Below, one piece after another: positions 1 through 12,859 of a stretch of 52,306 bases of DNA. Below the pieces are notes generated by a model that searched no databases, was not told the origin of the DNA, and was given only the letters and a program-made list of their open reading frames with translations. Numbering within the stretch: the stretch's first letter is position 1; each line of letters begins with the position of its first letter. The translations under genes were made by a program, and so were the position numbers. Origin of the DNA: Chiloscyllium plagiosum (Eukaryota); NCBI RefSeq assembly GCF_004010195.1, contig NC_057718.1, forward strand, positions 701,893 to 754,198, in the 5' to 3' direction.

Positions 1-1440
1 TACTGCTCTAATATCTGTTAAATGAAATCTAATGCTTCACAGTAGATAATAGGAAAATTTAGTTTTTAAGGGATCCCAGTATTTAACAGTTTGTAGTGGA
101 GTTCTCCAGGGTTCAGTATTGTGACCCTTGCTTTTACTGATGTGTTAATGATCTGGATATTGGTCTGCACAGGATGTTTTCCAAGTTTGCTGGTGATACT
201 AAACTTGGAAGAATTGTAAACTGAGAGCAGGACAGTGCGGTACTTCAAAAGGATATGGACAAGTTAGTTGTGTGAGCAAATAGGTAGCAGATGAGGTTCG
301 GTGCAAAGAAGTGTGAGGTGATGCACTCTGAGTGGAAGAATGCTGAAAAATGGTAAAGGGGTAGTTCAAAAGGGGTACAAGAACTGAGGGTCCTGGGTGC
401 ATATGTATATCTATGCACAGATCTGACAAATATTTAAGGGAATATTCCAGAAAACACAGAAAATTCTAAGGACTGACCGGCCGATAGACCAAAAGAAAAT
501 ACATATAACTAATTTTGCAAAGATAGGTCAGAAGATTGGGCAGAATTTTAAGAAACAGAGAAGAATTACTGAGATTAAGGAGGGGAGAAATAGAGTACAA
601 GAGAAAGTTAGCCAACAATATAAAATAGAAATGAAAAGTTTCATCGGACATTTAAAAAAGAGTTTGAGAAAAGTCGGTGTTTATCCTACTAAAAAATGAG
701 TGGGGAATTAGGCATGGAAAATAAAGGGATAACAGATGAATTTCACTGCTATCGTAGAATCCCCACAGTGTGGAAGGAGGCTATTCAGCCTATCAAATCC
801 ACACCAACCTTCAGACGAGTATCTCACCCAGACCCCCACCGTATCCTGTAATCCTACATTTACCATGGCTAATCCACCAAGCCTACACATCCTTGAGCAC
901 TATGGACAATTTCAGCATGGCCATTTTGCCTATCCTGTACATCTTTACACTAGGGAGGATACAATTGGTATTCTGGGAATAGCTGTGAATCAAGAATTGA
1001 AAGGGAGGGAGGAATTTGAGAAAATTTCAGTTACCAAAGAAATACTACTGAGTTAATAGTTGAAACTACAAATTGACAAGTCCTCACATCCTGATGGATT
1101 TCATCCTAGATTCTTCAAACAAATAACCACTAAAATAGTTGATGCATTGTTCCAAAACTCATTAGATTTAAGGAAGGTTTCTTTATATTGGAAAAAAGCT
1201 AATGTAGCTCCTTTATTCAGAAAGGGATCGAGACAGATAGTGGGAAATTACAAGCCAGTTATATTGCAATCTATCATGGGGAAGATTTTAGAAGCTATAA
1301 AGATGTAAATGCACTGGAGAGATTACAGAAGCAATTTGCGAAAATGGTTCCAGATATAAGAAACTTGTGCAGTGAGAATAGATTGAAGAAATTGGGGCTA
1401 TTCCCCTGGAGAGAACAAAGATAAAAAGGAGGTCTGATTG
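1..1440 (+). mobile_element. Old CR1 LINE ORF2 fragments (RT and pre-RT), interrupted by a SINE remnant at ~752-950
   Basis: Degenerate GVxQGSVL / SKFAxDTKLG motifs at 95-210. DKSSHPDGFHPR and WKKANVAPLFRKG...GNYKPV at 1060-1308. Confidence 0.8.
752..950 (-). mobile_element. HE1-type SINE, 3' portion
   Basis: Matches the tail and body of the full copies at 12105, 28028 and 50412 (cagtgtggaa...aatccacc...caatttcagcatggcca). Confidence 0.75.
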
Positions 1441-2565
1441 AGGTTGACCTGGTATACATGGACTTCAGTAAAGCCTTTGAGAAGGTTCCACGTGTTAGGC
1501 TTTTGGAGAAAATGAGAGGCATGGAATTGAGGGTGAGTTAGCACTTTGGATTAGAAACTGGCTTTCTTTAAGAAAGCAGCGAGTGGTGGTTGATGGAAAA
1601 TATTCAGCCTGGGGTCCAGTTACTAGTGGTGTGCCACACGGATCTGTTTTGGGACCACTGCTGTTTGTCATTTTTATAAGTGACTTGGACGCAGGCATAG
1701 GTGGATGGATTAGTAAGTTTGCAGACGACACTAAAGAGTGATGGACAGTGTGGAACAATGTTACAGGTTGCAGGGGGACTTGGATAAACTGCAGAATTGG
1801 GCTGAGAGGTGGCAAATGGAGTTCAATGCAGCTAAATGTGAGGTGATTCACTTTGGGAAGAATAACAAGCAGGCAGAATACTAGGTCAATGGAAAGATTC
1901 TTGGTCATGTGGATTTGCAGAGGGATCTTGGAGTCCATACACATAGATCCCTAAAAGTTGCCATCCAGGCTGATAGTGTTGTTAAGAAGGCTTATTGGTA
2001 GAGGGATTGAGTTCCGGAGCCATGATGTCATCCTGCAACTGTACAAAATTCTAGTGCAGCCTCACTTGAAATATTGTGCACAGTTCTAGTCACGATATTT
2101 CAGGAAGGATGTGGAAGCACTGGAAAAGGTGCAGAGGAGATTTACCAGGATGTTGCCTGGTCTGGAGGGAAGGTCTTATGAGGGACGGCTGAGAGACTTG
2201 GGTCTGTTCTCATTGGAGAGAAGAAGGCTAAGAGGGAATTTGATAGAGACACACACGATGATCAGAGGATTAGATAGGGTGGACCGAGAGAGTCTTTTTC
2301 CTAGGATGATGACATCAGTTTGTACGAGGGGGCATAGCTACAAATTGAGGGGTGGTAGATTTAAGACAGATGTCAGAGGCATTTACTCAGAGAGTGGTTA
2401 GGGCCTGTCTGTCAATGTAGTTAACTCAGCCCCATTAGGGGCATTTAAACAGTCTTTGGATAAGCACGTGGATGATGATAGGATAGTGTAGGGGGATGGG
2501 CTTAGATTAGTCGGCGCAACATCGAGAGCTGAAGGGCCTGTTTCGTGCTGTATTGTTCTATGTTC
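1441..2565 (+). mobile_element. 5'-truncated CR1 LINE (RT through 3' end), nested in an older CR1 that resumes at ~2566-2910
   Basis: [48 protein letters not shown]...LFSLERRRLRG motifs. The 3' tail is gaagggcctgtt...tgttctatgttc. Confidence 0.92.
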
Positions 2566-3563
2566 TTGGTTTTCAAAATCATGAGCAGGGTGGATATAGT
2601 AGATAGGGTGAAGCTATTTCCATTTGTAAAAAGAAATAAAAATGAGAGGGCAAAGCTTTAAAGTAATGTGAAAAAAAGGCAAGTATGAGTTGTTAGGGTA
2701 TGGAATGTGGTGCCTGGAAATGTGCTGGAGGCAGGTTCATTTGAAACACTCGAGGACGTTGGGTGTTTTTTTTCTGGATAGTAATGGTGTGCAGGGATAC
2801 GGGGAAAATGCAGGAGATTGAACTAGATAATAGAGCTGGACTTTAATATTAGAGACAGTGCAGGCAGGATGGGCTGAACGGCTGCTTTATGCACCACAAT
2901 AATTCTGTGATTTTATTTTGCAGCCAGTCTTTATCCATTTAGTTTGTTATGTGTATTTAAAATGATTAAAGATGAATGTTATTTATTATATCGTAGTAAA
3001 GGCAATCTCACACTATTTCCTATCTAATGCTATGTTCACTATTGTTTGGACTGTTTGTTTGTTGATTGGTGTTGTCACCTTCCCAGAAGTTTTATTGTCA
3101 TGGATCCTTTCCCTGTGACTGACCTTACACATTCCACACAGGTCAGTTTAATCCAGTCCATTATTAGCAAGGATTCATTTCCTTTTCTGCTTTTCTATTC
3201 TATATTTTGCATCCTTCTTCCCGTCTAATAATGGTCCCCTTTAATGATGTGACCACAATTTTCTATCTTTCTCTCTTTATTGCTATAATTTCCTCTCCTC
3301 TTCAGCCATTCATCCTCTGGATGTGTAGGATATGTGAAATATCCTGTATACCCACAACTCAGATACATTCTGCCTATCACCCTGCACCCTCACCTCCAGC
3401 AATTGCAATTTATCACACTGTTTGACCCAGAGTTGAGCTTCCAACTACATATCCTCCTCTTCATCAAGACTTCTTTTGCATCTGCTCTAAGTGTGCCTTC
3501 CCTGTGGCATTTGTTAACATTTGGAATATTAAATGAGTTGTGCTTTATTCCTCTGAGTAACAG

Positions 3564-3688
3564 ATAGTAACTGTGGGACGAGACTTCAAGTGCTGTGTAT
3601 GGAAGAATGATCAGTTGGTGACAGATTTACGCTGGAATGAGAATATGCCTCACATTTCAGACAAGATGTACCGTTACCAAGCATGCAG
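3564..3688 (+). CDS. PREB: PREB (SEC12, Sar1 GEF, WD40) internal coding exon, 125 bp
   Basis: taacag|ATAGTA...GCATGCAG|gtgagt. Translates [42 protein letters not shown], matching recalled human PREB [24 protein letters not shown]...YRYQACR. Phase 0 to 2. Confidence 0.95.
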
Positions 3689-4414
3689 GTGAGTGTATTG
3701 CACTCCATTCATGACCCTAGTATAAAATGCTATATTAGTATGCAGGATGATTAAAGCGTATGGGATCTTTGCCTTTAAAAATGGACATATAAAGTACAAA
3801 AGAGAGACAATTATACTAAAGCTGACATCGATGGTTGAAGGTGATTCTGAAAGATAGGATTTACATGCATTTGGAGAGGCAAAGAATGATTAGGGATAGT
3901 CAGCATGGCTTTGTGCAAGGGAAATCACAAATGTGATTGAGTTCTTTGAGGAAGTAACCAAAAAGATCGATGGGATTCAGGATGAGCTTGTTAATTGGAT
4001 GCATAGTGAGCTGTATGGTAGGAGACCGAGGGTGGTGATAGAAGATTGCTTTTCAGATTGGAGATTTGTGACCAGTGGCATTTGACAAGAATCAGTACTG
4101 GGTCCACTTTGTTTGTAATTAATATAAATGATTTGGGTGAGCATATAGGAGGCATGCTTAGTAAATTTGTGGATGACACCAAAATTGGTGGTATTGTGGA
4201 CAGTGAAGAAGGTTACCTAAGATCACAAAGAGATCTTGATCGATTGGGTCAGTGGGCTGAGGAGTGTGAGATGGAGTTTAATTTGGATAAATGCAAAGTG
4301 TTGCATTTCGGTAAAACAAACTAAGCAGGACTTATACAGTTAATGGTAGGGTCCTGATTAGTGTTTATAACCGAGAAATCTAGGATTTCAAGTATCTAAT
4401 TCTTTAAAATGCAT

Positions 4415-4896
4415 TCAAAGTTTGTGAGAAGATTTGTAGCTCAGGTGCTCGTTGCTGTGGTTCTGTTCACCGAGCTGGAAGTTTTTGTTGCAAACGTTTC
4501 ATCCCCTGTCTCGGTGACATCCTCAGTGCTTGGGAGCCTCCTGTGAAGCGCTTCTGTGGTGTTTCCTCCGGCATTTATAGTGGTCTGTCCCTGCCGCTTC
4601 CGGTTGTCAGTTTCAGCTGTCTGCTGTAGTGGCCGGTATATTGGGTCCAGGTCGATGTGTTTGTTGATGGAGTTTGTGGATCACATCAACAAACTCCATC
4701 AACAAACACATCGACCTGGACCCAATATACTGGCCACTGGCCACTACAGCGGACAGCTGAAACTGACAACCAGAAGCGGCAGGGACAGGCCACTATAAAC
4801 ACCGGAGGAAACACCACAAGCGCTTCACAGGAGGCTCCCAAGCACTGAGGATGTCACCTAGACAGGGGACAAAACGTTTGCAACAAAAACTTCCAG
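4415..4896. mobile_element. Penelope-like element inverted terminal (pLTR) pair with hammerhead motif and 13-bp TSD
   Basis: Arms ~4473-4677 and ~4689-4898 are reverse complements. The arm encodes TNSINKHIDLDPIY (PLE GIY-YIG C-terminus) and carries CTGAGGA...GAAACGTT. TSD ctttaaaatgcat at 4402-4414 and 4897-4909. Confidence 0.85.
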
Positions 4897-5212
4897 CTTT
4901 AAAATGCATCGCAGATAGACAGGGTGGCTAAGAAGGCATTTAGCAGGCTTGCCTTCATTGCTCAGATCTTTGATCGGGGAGTCATGTTGTGGGCTCATCT
5001 GGAGTACTGTGTGTAGCTCTGGTCGTCCTGTTACAGGAAGAATATTATTAAATTGGAAAGGGTTCAGAAAAGAACCCTCTTTTCTGAAGGTTGTTGCCAT
5101 GTAGAGTGGATTTGACTTATGTGAGTAGGCTGGGACTTTCTTTGCTGGAGCACAGGAGTTTGAGGGGTGACCTTACAGATGTTTATAAAATCAGGAGAGA
5201 CGTAAATAAGAT

Positions 5213-5528
5213 CATAGAATCCCTTAAATGTAGAATTAGGCCATGCAGCCCATTGAGTCCACAACAACTCTCCAAAGAGTATCTCATTCCCGTAACCACT
5301 TAATCCACCTAGCCTGCACATCCCTTGTTACGTTAGCAGTTTAGCATGACCAATCCACCTAACCTGCACATCTTTGGACTGTGGGAGGAAGCCAGAGCAC
5401 GCAGAGGAACCCTACGCAGACAAGGAGCAAATGTGCAAACTCCACATGGATAGTCACCCAAGTGTGGGATGGAACCCAGGTCCCTGGCACTGTCAGGCAG
5501 TAATGCTAATCACTGAGCCACCATGCCA
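5213..5528 (-). mobile_element. HE1-type tRNA-derived SINE
   Basis: The reverse complement begins with a tRNA-like A box (TGGCTCAGTG) and B box (GGTTCCATCC), then the conserved body gatgtgcaggttaggtggattgg. Confidence 0.88.
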
Positions 5529-5896
5529 CTCTAGATCAATAGCAAGGGTTTTCTCCTTTGGGTGGGGAGTTCAAAACTAGGGGGCCTAGTTTTAAAGTGA
5601 GAAGAGAAAGATTTGAAGGACAACCTTTTTTTAAACAGAGTGTAGTTACTGTGTGAAATAAACTGCCAGAGGAAGTGGTGGATGCAGGTACAGTTTTTTT
5701 AAACAGTTAAAAAAACATTTGGATAAGTACATATGAAACAAAAGAGTTTGGAATGATGTGGGCTAAATGCAGGCAGGTGGGACTAGTTAGTTTGGGAACA
5801 CGGTTGGCATGGACTCATTGGATCAAGGTATCTGTTTTCTTGCTGTATGACTGTGACTCTAAACAGCAAAGCAGAACAGAAGAGAGAAGCCAATTT

Positions 5897-6495
5897 TCTG
5901 AGCTGCCTTCCTAAAACACTGGAATCTGTCTGCTATAGGTAGACCCACAATGCAGGTAGGGAGACAATGCTAGAATTTTGACCAGTGACAGTGGAGGAAC
6001 GGCGATGTATTTCCAAGTCAGGTTGGTGACTGCCTTGGAAGAGAACTTGCAACTGTATCTGCTAACCTTGTCCTCTGGGTGGTAGTGGTCGTGGGCTTGG
6101 AAGGAGTTGTCGAAGGATCAACTGTACATTGTAGTTGGTCCACACTGCTGCTACTGAGCAACAGTGTGGAGTGATTGAATGTTTTTGGATAAGGTGTCAA
6201 TCAAGTGGTGTGCTTTGTCCTGGATGGTTTCAAGCTTCTTCAGTGTTGCCTGGACAAGTGCAGCTCCATTATCTTTCTGACTTGTGCTTTGTACATGGTG
6301 GACAAGCTTTTGCGAGTCAGGAGATGAGTTCCTGGTCTGATATTCCTAGCCTCTGATTTCCTCTTGTAGCCACTGTATTTAATGCCGAGTCCAGTTCAGT
6401 TTTTGGTCAATGGTAATCCCCAGGATGTTGATTGTGGCAGATTCAGTGATGGTAACACCACTGATTGTCAAGGAGCAGTGATTACACTGTCTCAT
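5897..6495 (-). mobile_element. L2-clade LINE 3' part; continues at 8548-9030 after a CR1 insertion
   Basis: Reverse strand reads ITESATINILGITIDQKLNWTRH. Homologous to the + strand copy at 28960-29575. Confidence 0.75.
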
Positions 6496-6504
6496 ATAGA
6501 ACTG

Positions 6505-8547
6505 TTCATATAGAACATTACAGTGCAGTACAGGCCCTTCGGCCCTCGATGTTGCGCAGACCTGTGGAGCCAATCTGAAGCCTACACTATTCCATTCTCG
6601 CCCAAATGCCTATCCAATGACCATTTAAATGCCCTTAAAGTTGGTGAATCTGCTACTGTTGCATTCTATGCCCCTACTACTCTCTGAGTAAAGAGACTAC
6701 CTCTGACATCTGACCTATATCTATCACCCCTCAATTTAAAGCTATGTCCCCTCGTGCTAGCCATCGCCACCTGAGGAAAAAGGCTCTCACTGTCCACCCT
6801 ATCTAACCATCTGACGATCTTACATGTCTCAATTAGGTTGCCTGTCAACCTTCTTCTCTCTAAAGAAAACAGCCTCAAGTCCCTCAGTCTTTCCTTGCAA
6901 GACCTTCCCTCCATACCAGGCAACATCCTAGTAAATCACCTCTGCACCCTTTCCAAAACTTCCACAACTTTCCTATAATGCGGTGATCAGAATTGTACGC
7001 AATACTCCAAGTGTGGCCGAACCTGAGTTTTGTACAGCTGCAGCATGACTTCATGGTTCCAAGACTCAAGTTCTCTACCAATAAAGGCTAACACACCGAA
7101 TGCCTTCTTAACAACCCAATCAAACCTGGGTGGCAACTTTCAAGGATCTACGTACCTGGACACTGAGATCTTTCTGTTCCTCTGCACTTCCAAGAATCTT
7201 ACCATTACTCCAGTACTCTGCATTTCTGTTCCTCCTTCCAAAGTGGATCACCTCACACTTTTCTGCATTAAACTCCATTCACCACCTCTCAGCCCAGCTC
7301 TGCAGCTTATCGATGTCCCTCTGTAACCTACAACATCCTTCATCACTCTCCACAACTCCACCGACCTTATTCAGCAAATTTACTAACCCATCCTTCAATG
7401 CCCTTATCCAGGTTATTTATATAAATGACAAACAACAGTGGACCAAAAAGAGATCCTTGTGGTACCCCACTAGTAACTGAACTCCAGGATGAACATTTCC
7501 CATTAAACACCACCCTCTGTCTTCTTTCAGCTAGCCAATTTCTGATCCAAACTGCGAAATCCCCCTCAATCCCATGCCTCCGTATTTTGTGCAATAGCCT
7601 ACTGTGGGGAACCTTATCAAACGCCTTACTGAAATCCATATACACTACGTCAACCACTTTACCCTCATCCACCTATTTGGTCACCGTCTCAAAGAACTAA
7701 TTAAGTTTGTGAGGCACGACCTACCCTTCACAAAACTGTGTTGACTATCCCTAATCAACTTATTCCTTTCTTGATGATTATAAATCCTGTCTCTTCTAAC
7801 CCTTTTCCAACACTTCACCAACAACCAAAGTAAGGCTCACTGTTCTATAATTGCCAGGATTGTCTCTACTTCCCTTCGTGAACAAGGGGACAACATTTGC
7901 TATCCTCCAGTCTTCTGGCACTATTCCTGTAGACAATGACGACATAAAGGTCAAAGCCAAAGGTTCGGCAATCTCCTCCCTGGCTTCCCAGAGAATCCCA
8001 GGGTAAATCCCATCCAGCCCAGGGGCATAGCTATTTTTACACTTTGCAGAATTGCTAACACCACCTCCTTATGCACCTCAATCCCATCTAATCTAGTCGC
8101 CTGTATATCAGTATTCTCCTTGACCACATTATCTCTTTCTGGTGTGAATACTGACGAAAAGTATTTATTTAGCACTTTCCCTATCATCTCTGACTCCACA
8201 CATAACTTCCCCCTACTATGCCTGATTGGCCCTAATCTTACTCTCGTCCTTCTTTTATTGCTGATATAGCTATAGAAGGCCTGATGGTTTTTCTTGATCC
8301 GATGCGCCAATGACTTCTCATGTCCCCTCCTGGCTCTTCTTATTTCTCTCTTTAGGGCTTTCCTGGCTAACTTGTAACTCTGAAGTGCCCGAACTGAACC
8401 ATCACACCTAACATCCTAACATAAGCCTCCTTCTTCTTCTTGACAAGAGATTCAACTAAGGTGTCCCCAATGACAAATGCTCTGCTCCTCTTTCCCCTTC
8501 CCTTCTGAGCAACAGGGACAGTCTCTGTGCCAGAGACCTGTGTCCCA
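6505..8547 (-). mobile_element. CR1 LINE (RT and 3' end) joined by internal deletion to a short ORF1 segment
   Basis: ORF 7367-7672: VDVVYMDFSKAFDKVPH...VTSGVPQGS. 3' tail catatagaaca at ~6505. Segment 8460-8547 matches the ORF1 region 17645-17726 of the longer copy. Confidence 0.92.
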
Positions 8548-9030
8548 TCTCTTGTTGGAGATGGTTATTGCTTGCCCCTTCTGTAGTGCAAATTTCACTT
8601 GCCGCTTGTCAGTCCAAGCCTGGATATTGTCCTGATCTTGTTCCATTTGGGCATGGACTGCTTCAGTATCTGAGAGATCACGAAAGGTGCTGAATACTGC
8701 AGTCATTGCTAAATATCCCCAGTTCTGATCTTGTGATGGAGGGAAGGTCATTGATGAAGCAGTTCAAAATGTTTGGTCTTAAGGCATTACCCTGAAGGGT
8801 TCCTGCAGAGATATCCTGGAGCTGAGATGACTGAGCTATGACCATTTTCTTATGTGCCAGGGCTGACTCCAATTGTCAGAGCGCTTTCCCCCAATTCCCA
8901 CTGACTGCAGTTTTGCTCGGGTTCCTTGATGCCACACCTAAGTCAAATATGTCAAAGGCTGTCAGTCTGTCCTCACCTCGGGAATTCAGCTCATTTGTCC
9001 ATGTTTGACCCAAAGCTGTAATGAGGTTAG
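8548..9030 (-). mobile_element. L2-clade LINE RT fragment (5' continuation of 5897-6495)
   Basis: Reverse strand reads QDISAGTLQGNALRPNILNCFINDLPS and QDNIQAWTDKRQVKFA...ITISNKR. Confidence 0.78.
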
Positions 9031-9439
9031 AGTTAGGATTAAAAGGTGGGCACGTGTGAGAGTTGGTGAGAGATATTTTGACCTCAACTGCTTTCTGTGA
9101 GAGCGTATTTCACAACTCCCCACTCTTGGGTGAAGAAACTTCCCAGTTCTAGATCACCCTGTAATCTTAGACCGGACCTTCTACATGCCTCTTTTAACGG
9201 CATAAACTCCATCATATGTCCAGCACTTGTCAGTTCAGAATAAGAGTCAAATTGGACTCAAAACATTGATATTTTCTCTCTCCATAGATTCTGCTAGCTC
9301 TTTCTCCAGCACTTTCTGATTTTATTTCAGATTCCCAGCATTTTGCTTTTATGGTTAGACACGAGATACTATAGTAGGGAACACAGTTTGAAGGACACCT
9401 TTCTGTATGAGACACAGGCTGGAATTTAGTCAAGTGGGA

Positions 9440-10515
9440 ACTCTGAGACCAAAATTGCACACAGTGTTTAAGGTGTAGCCTCGCCAAGGCACTGTGTAGC
9501 TGTAATAAGATATCCTTACTCCAGTACTCAAATCCTTTCGCTATGAAGGCCAGCATGCCATTAGCTTTCCTCACTGCCTGCTGCACCCTGCATGCCAACC
9601 TTCAGCGACTATTCCACCATGACACCCAGGTCTTGTTGCACCTCACATTTTCCTAAATTGCCACCATTCAGGAAATAATCTGCTTTGCCACCAAAATAGA
9701 TACCCTCACCTTTGTCCACATTATATTGCATTTGCCAAGTATTTGTCCATTCAGCCAGCCTGTCCAAGCCATTCTGCAGCCTTTTAGCATCTTCCTAACA
9801 GCGCACACTGCCACTCAACTTAGTGTCATCTGCAAATTTGGAGATATTGTTTTCAATTCCTTTGGCCAAATCATTAATGTATATTGTGAATAGCTGAGGT
9901 CCCAGCACTGAATCCTGCAATACCACACTTGTCACTGCCTACCACTCTGAAAAGGATCCATTTATTCAGCTTTCTGCTTCCAGTCTACCAACCAGTTTTC
10001 CATCCACATCAATACATGACCTCCAATACCTTGAACTATACTGACTAATCTCTTGTGGGGGACCTTGCCAAAAGCCTTTTGTAAGTCCAGATACACAACA
10101 TCCACTGATTCAACCTTGTCCACTCTTCTTTTCACCTCCTTAAAGAATTCCAGAAGATTTGTAAAGCATGATTTCTCTTTAGTGAATCCATGGTGAGTTA
10201 ATCTGACACTGTCACTGCTTTCCAAATGCTCAGTTATTACATCCTTAATAATTGACTCCATTTTTAAAATAGGGTGACACCAGCTACCAACCACTCCATT
10301 GGAATGCTTCCAGAGTCTATGGGAAATGATTGCCAATGCGTCCAGTATTTCTGGAGCCACTTCCTTAAATACTCTGGGATGCAGAGTATTAGGCTCTGGG
10401 GCTTATTAGCTTTTAATCCTGTCAATTTTCCCAATACCATTTCCTGACAAATAAGGAATTCCTTCAGTTCCTCCTTCATGCTTGACCCTCTGTCCCCGAG
10501 CATGTCCGGAAGATT
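9440..10515 (-). mobile_element. CR1 LINE RT fragment
   Basis: ORF 9962-10360: HHGFTKEKSCFTNLLEFF...VDVVYLDLQKAFGKVPH. Also KANGMLAFIAKG. Confidence 0.9.
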
Positions 10516-10834
10516 ATGGTAAGCTGCCTTTTTGAATCGCTGTAGTCTAAACGATGTCGTCAGGGAGGGAATTTCAGGATTTTGATCCAGCACTGGTGAA
10601 GGAATGGCAGTATGTTTCTAAGTCAGAATGGTGAGTGGCTTAAAGGGGAGCTTGCAGGGGATGGTGTTTACACATGAATTGTTCACTTTTGCACAAAGAA
10701 AAATAAATACAGCATTACTTAAACAGAACAGTTGCAGAATTCATAGGTGCAGAGGAGTCTGGATGTTCTAGTGGTTGAGTCACAGAATGGTAATATGCAA
10801 GTCCAACAAATAATCAAGGCTAATGGAATATTAT

Positions 10835-11327
10835 GGCAACTAGGAGGAAGTGGGGACTGCAGATGTTGGAGATCAGAGTTGAAAAGTGTGGCGCTGGTCA
10901 GCATCCGAGGAGCAGGAGAATTAATATTTCGGGCATAAGCCCTTCATCAGGAATGTCAGGGGGTTGGGTGAAGGGGTGAAAGAGGCTGAGAGATAAATAG
11001 GAGGGTGGGGGTAGGGCTAATGTAGCTGGGAAGGCAATAGGTAGGTGTAGATAGGGGGGTTAATGGTGGCAGGTAAGAGAGGAGAGTGGAGCAGATACAT
11101 GGGAAGAAAGATGGACAGGTTGGACAGTTCAAGAGGGTGGTGCCCAATTGGAGCATTGGATCTGGGATGAGGCAGGGGAGGGGAAATTAGGAAACTAGTG
11201 AGGTGAATGTTGATGCTGTGTGGGTAGAGGGTCCTAAGGTGGGAGATGAGGCATTCTTCCTCTGGGTGGCTTGGATTTGGTGGTGGATGAGGCCCAGAGC
11301 TTGCAGGTCCTTGGTGGAGTGGGAGGG
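10835..11327 (-). mobile_element. Penelope-like element 3' end with hammerhead motif, inserted in a CR1 (10672-10834 / 11328-11780)
   Basis: Reverse complement has CTGATGAAGGGCTTATGCCCGAAA at ~10928-10951. Imperfect TSD ggaatattat (10825-10834) / ggaatgttat (11328-11337). Confidence 0.8.
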
Positions 11328-12104
11328 GGAATGTTATCTTTATTACAAATGGAATTGGAGATGAAAATTAAAGATGTTATGCTTCAGTTTGACAGGAAAC
11401 CAGTTAGACTGCATCTTAAATGGTGTGTGCAGTTTTGGTCTCCTTATTTAAGGAAAGATGTAAATGCACTGAAGGTTTGGAGGAATCTTAGTCAGTTGAT
11501 ATCTGGAATGAGGAAAGACTGGAGAGAGAATGGGTTTGTTTCCACGGGAGTTCAGAAGAATGAGGGTGGTCTGACTGAAATCACTGAGATCTGAACCATA
11601 TTAAAGTAAACATGGAAAGGATGTTCACTCTTGTTGGTAAATACAGAATTAGGGGAAACTGTTTTAAAACAAAGGGTTGCCCTTTTAGGAGAAAGATGAG
11701 GGGAATATTTTTCTCTCCAGGTTGTTCAATTATGAAATTCTCTGCCGCGATGGAGCTAGTGAAGCTAGGGCATTTGAATTTTTTTTTTGTTTCTTTTTAG
11801 AAAAAAATACTTTTCTTTATTTGTATGCTGTTATGAAAATTCAAATCAATTAAAATTCTCATCTTTTACATATGCCCAACATGATTGCACCATATGTGTT
11901 GGGTGGAGCATAAGATATGCCATTGAATATTTTTGAAGTGGAAGTAAATCCTTGTTGGGCAAGGAAATGAAAGGTTGATAGATTGGAATATGGAATTCAG
12001 AGAATAAAATGAGCAGCCATGAGCTTATTGAAAAGCAGAGTAGGCTTGAGCAGCTGAAAGCCCTCTTATTCCTTCTCATTCATATATTTGGACATGGGCA
12101 TTCC

Positions 12105-12450
12105 TTAGAATCCCATCAGTGTGGAAACAGGTCATTTAGCCCACTGAGTCTACACTGACCCTTGAAACAGCATCCCACCCAGACCCATCCTGTCCCTGTA
12201 ACCCTGCATTTCCCATGGTTAATCCACCTAGCCTGCACATCCCTGGACACTTTGAGCAATTTAGCATGGCCAATCCACCCTAACCTGCACATCTTTGGAC
12301 TGTGGGAGGAAACTGGAGCACCCGGAGGAAACCCACACAGACACAGGGAGAATGTGCAAACTCCACACAGACAGTTACCCAAGGTTAGAATCGAACCCGG
12401 GTCCCTGGCGCTGTGAGGCAGCAGTGCTAACCACTGAGCCACTGTGATGC
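12105..12450 (-). mobile_element. HE1-type tRNA-derived SINE, near full length
   Basis: Reverse complement: GTGGCTCAGTGGTTAGCACTGCTGCCTCACAGCGCCAGGGACCCGGGTTCGATTC (A and B boxes) plus a CR1-like tail. Confidence 0.93.
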
Positions 12451-12552
12451 ATCGGTGAGCCCATATCTCAAATACTGGGTGTGCCATGAATAAATCAAAA
12501 CATTGCTCTCTGGTCATGTTTCTGTTGTTACTCACAAATTTCCTGTTTGCAG

Positions 12553-12726
12553 GTTTGGCAAAGTTGAAGATGATAAGGACACTTTCCGTCTCTACACAGT
12601 GCAGATCCCACACAAACGAGAACGTAAACCTCTCCTGTGTTATATCAGCAAATGGGATGGGAAGAATTTCTTGCCACTACTCACCAGTGATTGTGGGAAT
12701 GAAGTGATCTCTGCAATGTCAATCAG
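12553..12726 (+). CDS. PREB: PREB internal coding exon, 174 bp
   Basis: tcctgtttgcag|GTTTGGC...TCAATCAG|gtacac. Translates FGKVEDDKDTFRLYTVQIPHKRERKPLLCYISKWDGKNFLPLLTSDCGNEVISAMSI (human RLFTVQIPHKR...CYLTAWDGSNFLPL). Phase 2 to 2, in frame with neighbours. Confidence 0.96.
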
Positions 12727-12859
12727 GTACACTATTTTTAATTATTCATTCATGAGATGGAGACCTTGCTGGCAAACACACTAAATCAAGGTTTCCCTCC
12801 GTTTTCGTAGCAGAGGGCACTGGTTCAACCAAATAATAATAGATCACGTAGATGTTATA

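Larger units (their letters stand above)
3735..5860 (+). mobile_element. CR1 LINE RT to 3' end, interrupted by a Penelope palindrome and an HE1 SINE
   Basis: QHGFVQGKS and FVININDL...SKFVDDTKIGG...MEFNLDKCKVLHFG (ORF 4046-4324). The 3' tail is gtatgactgtgactct. Confidence 0.88.

Noticed and set aside
12380..12450. tRNA genes at A/B-box motifs (also 20160, 24085-24175, 28270-28339, 50665-50733)
   Set aside because: These are tRNA-derived SINE heads continuing into SINE bodies, with no complete cloverleaf.
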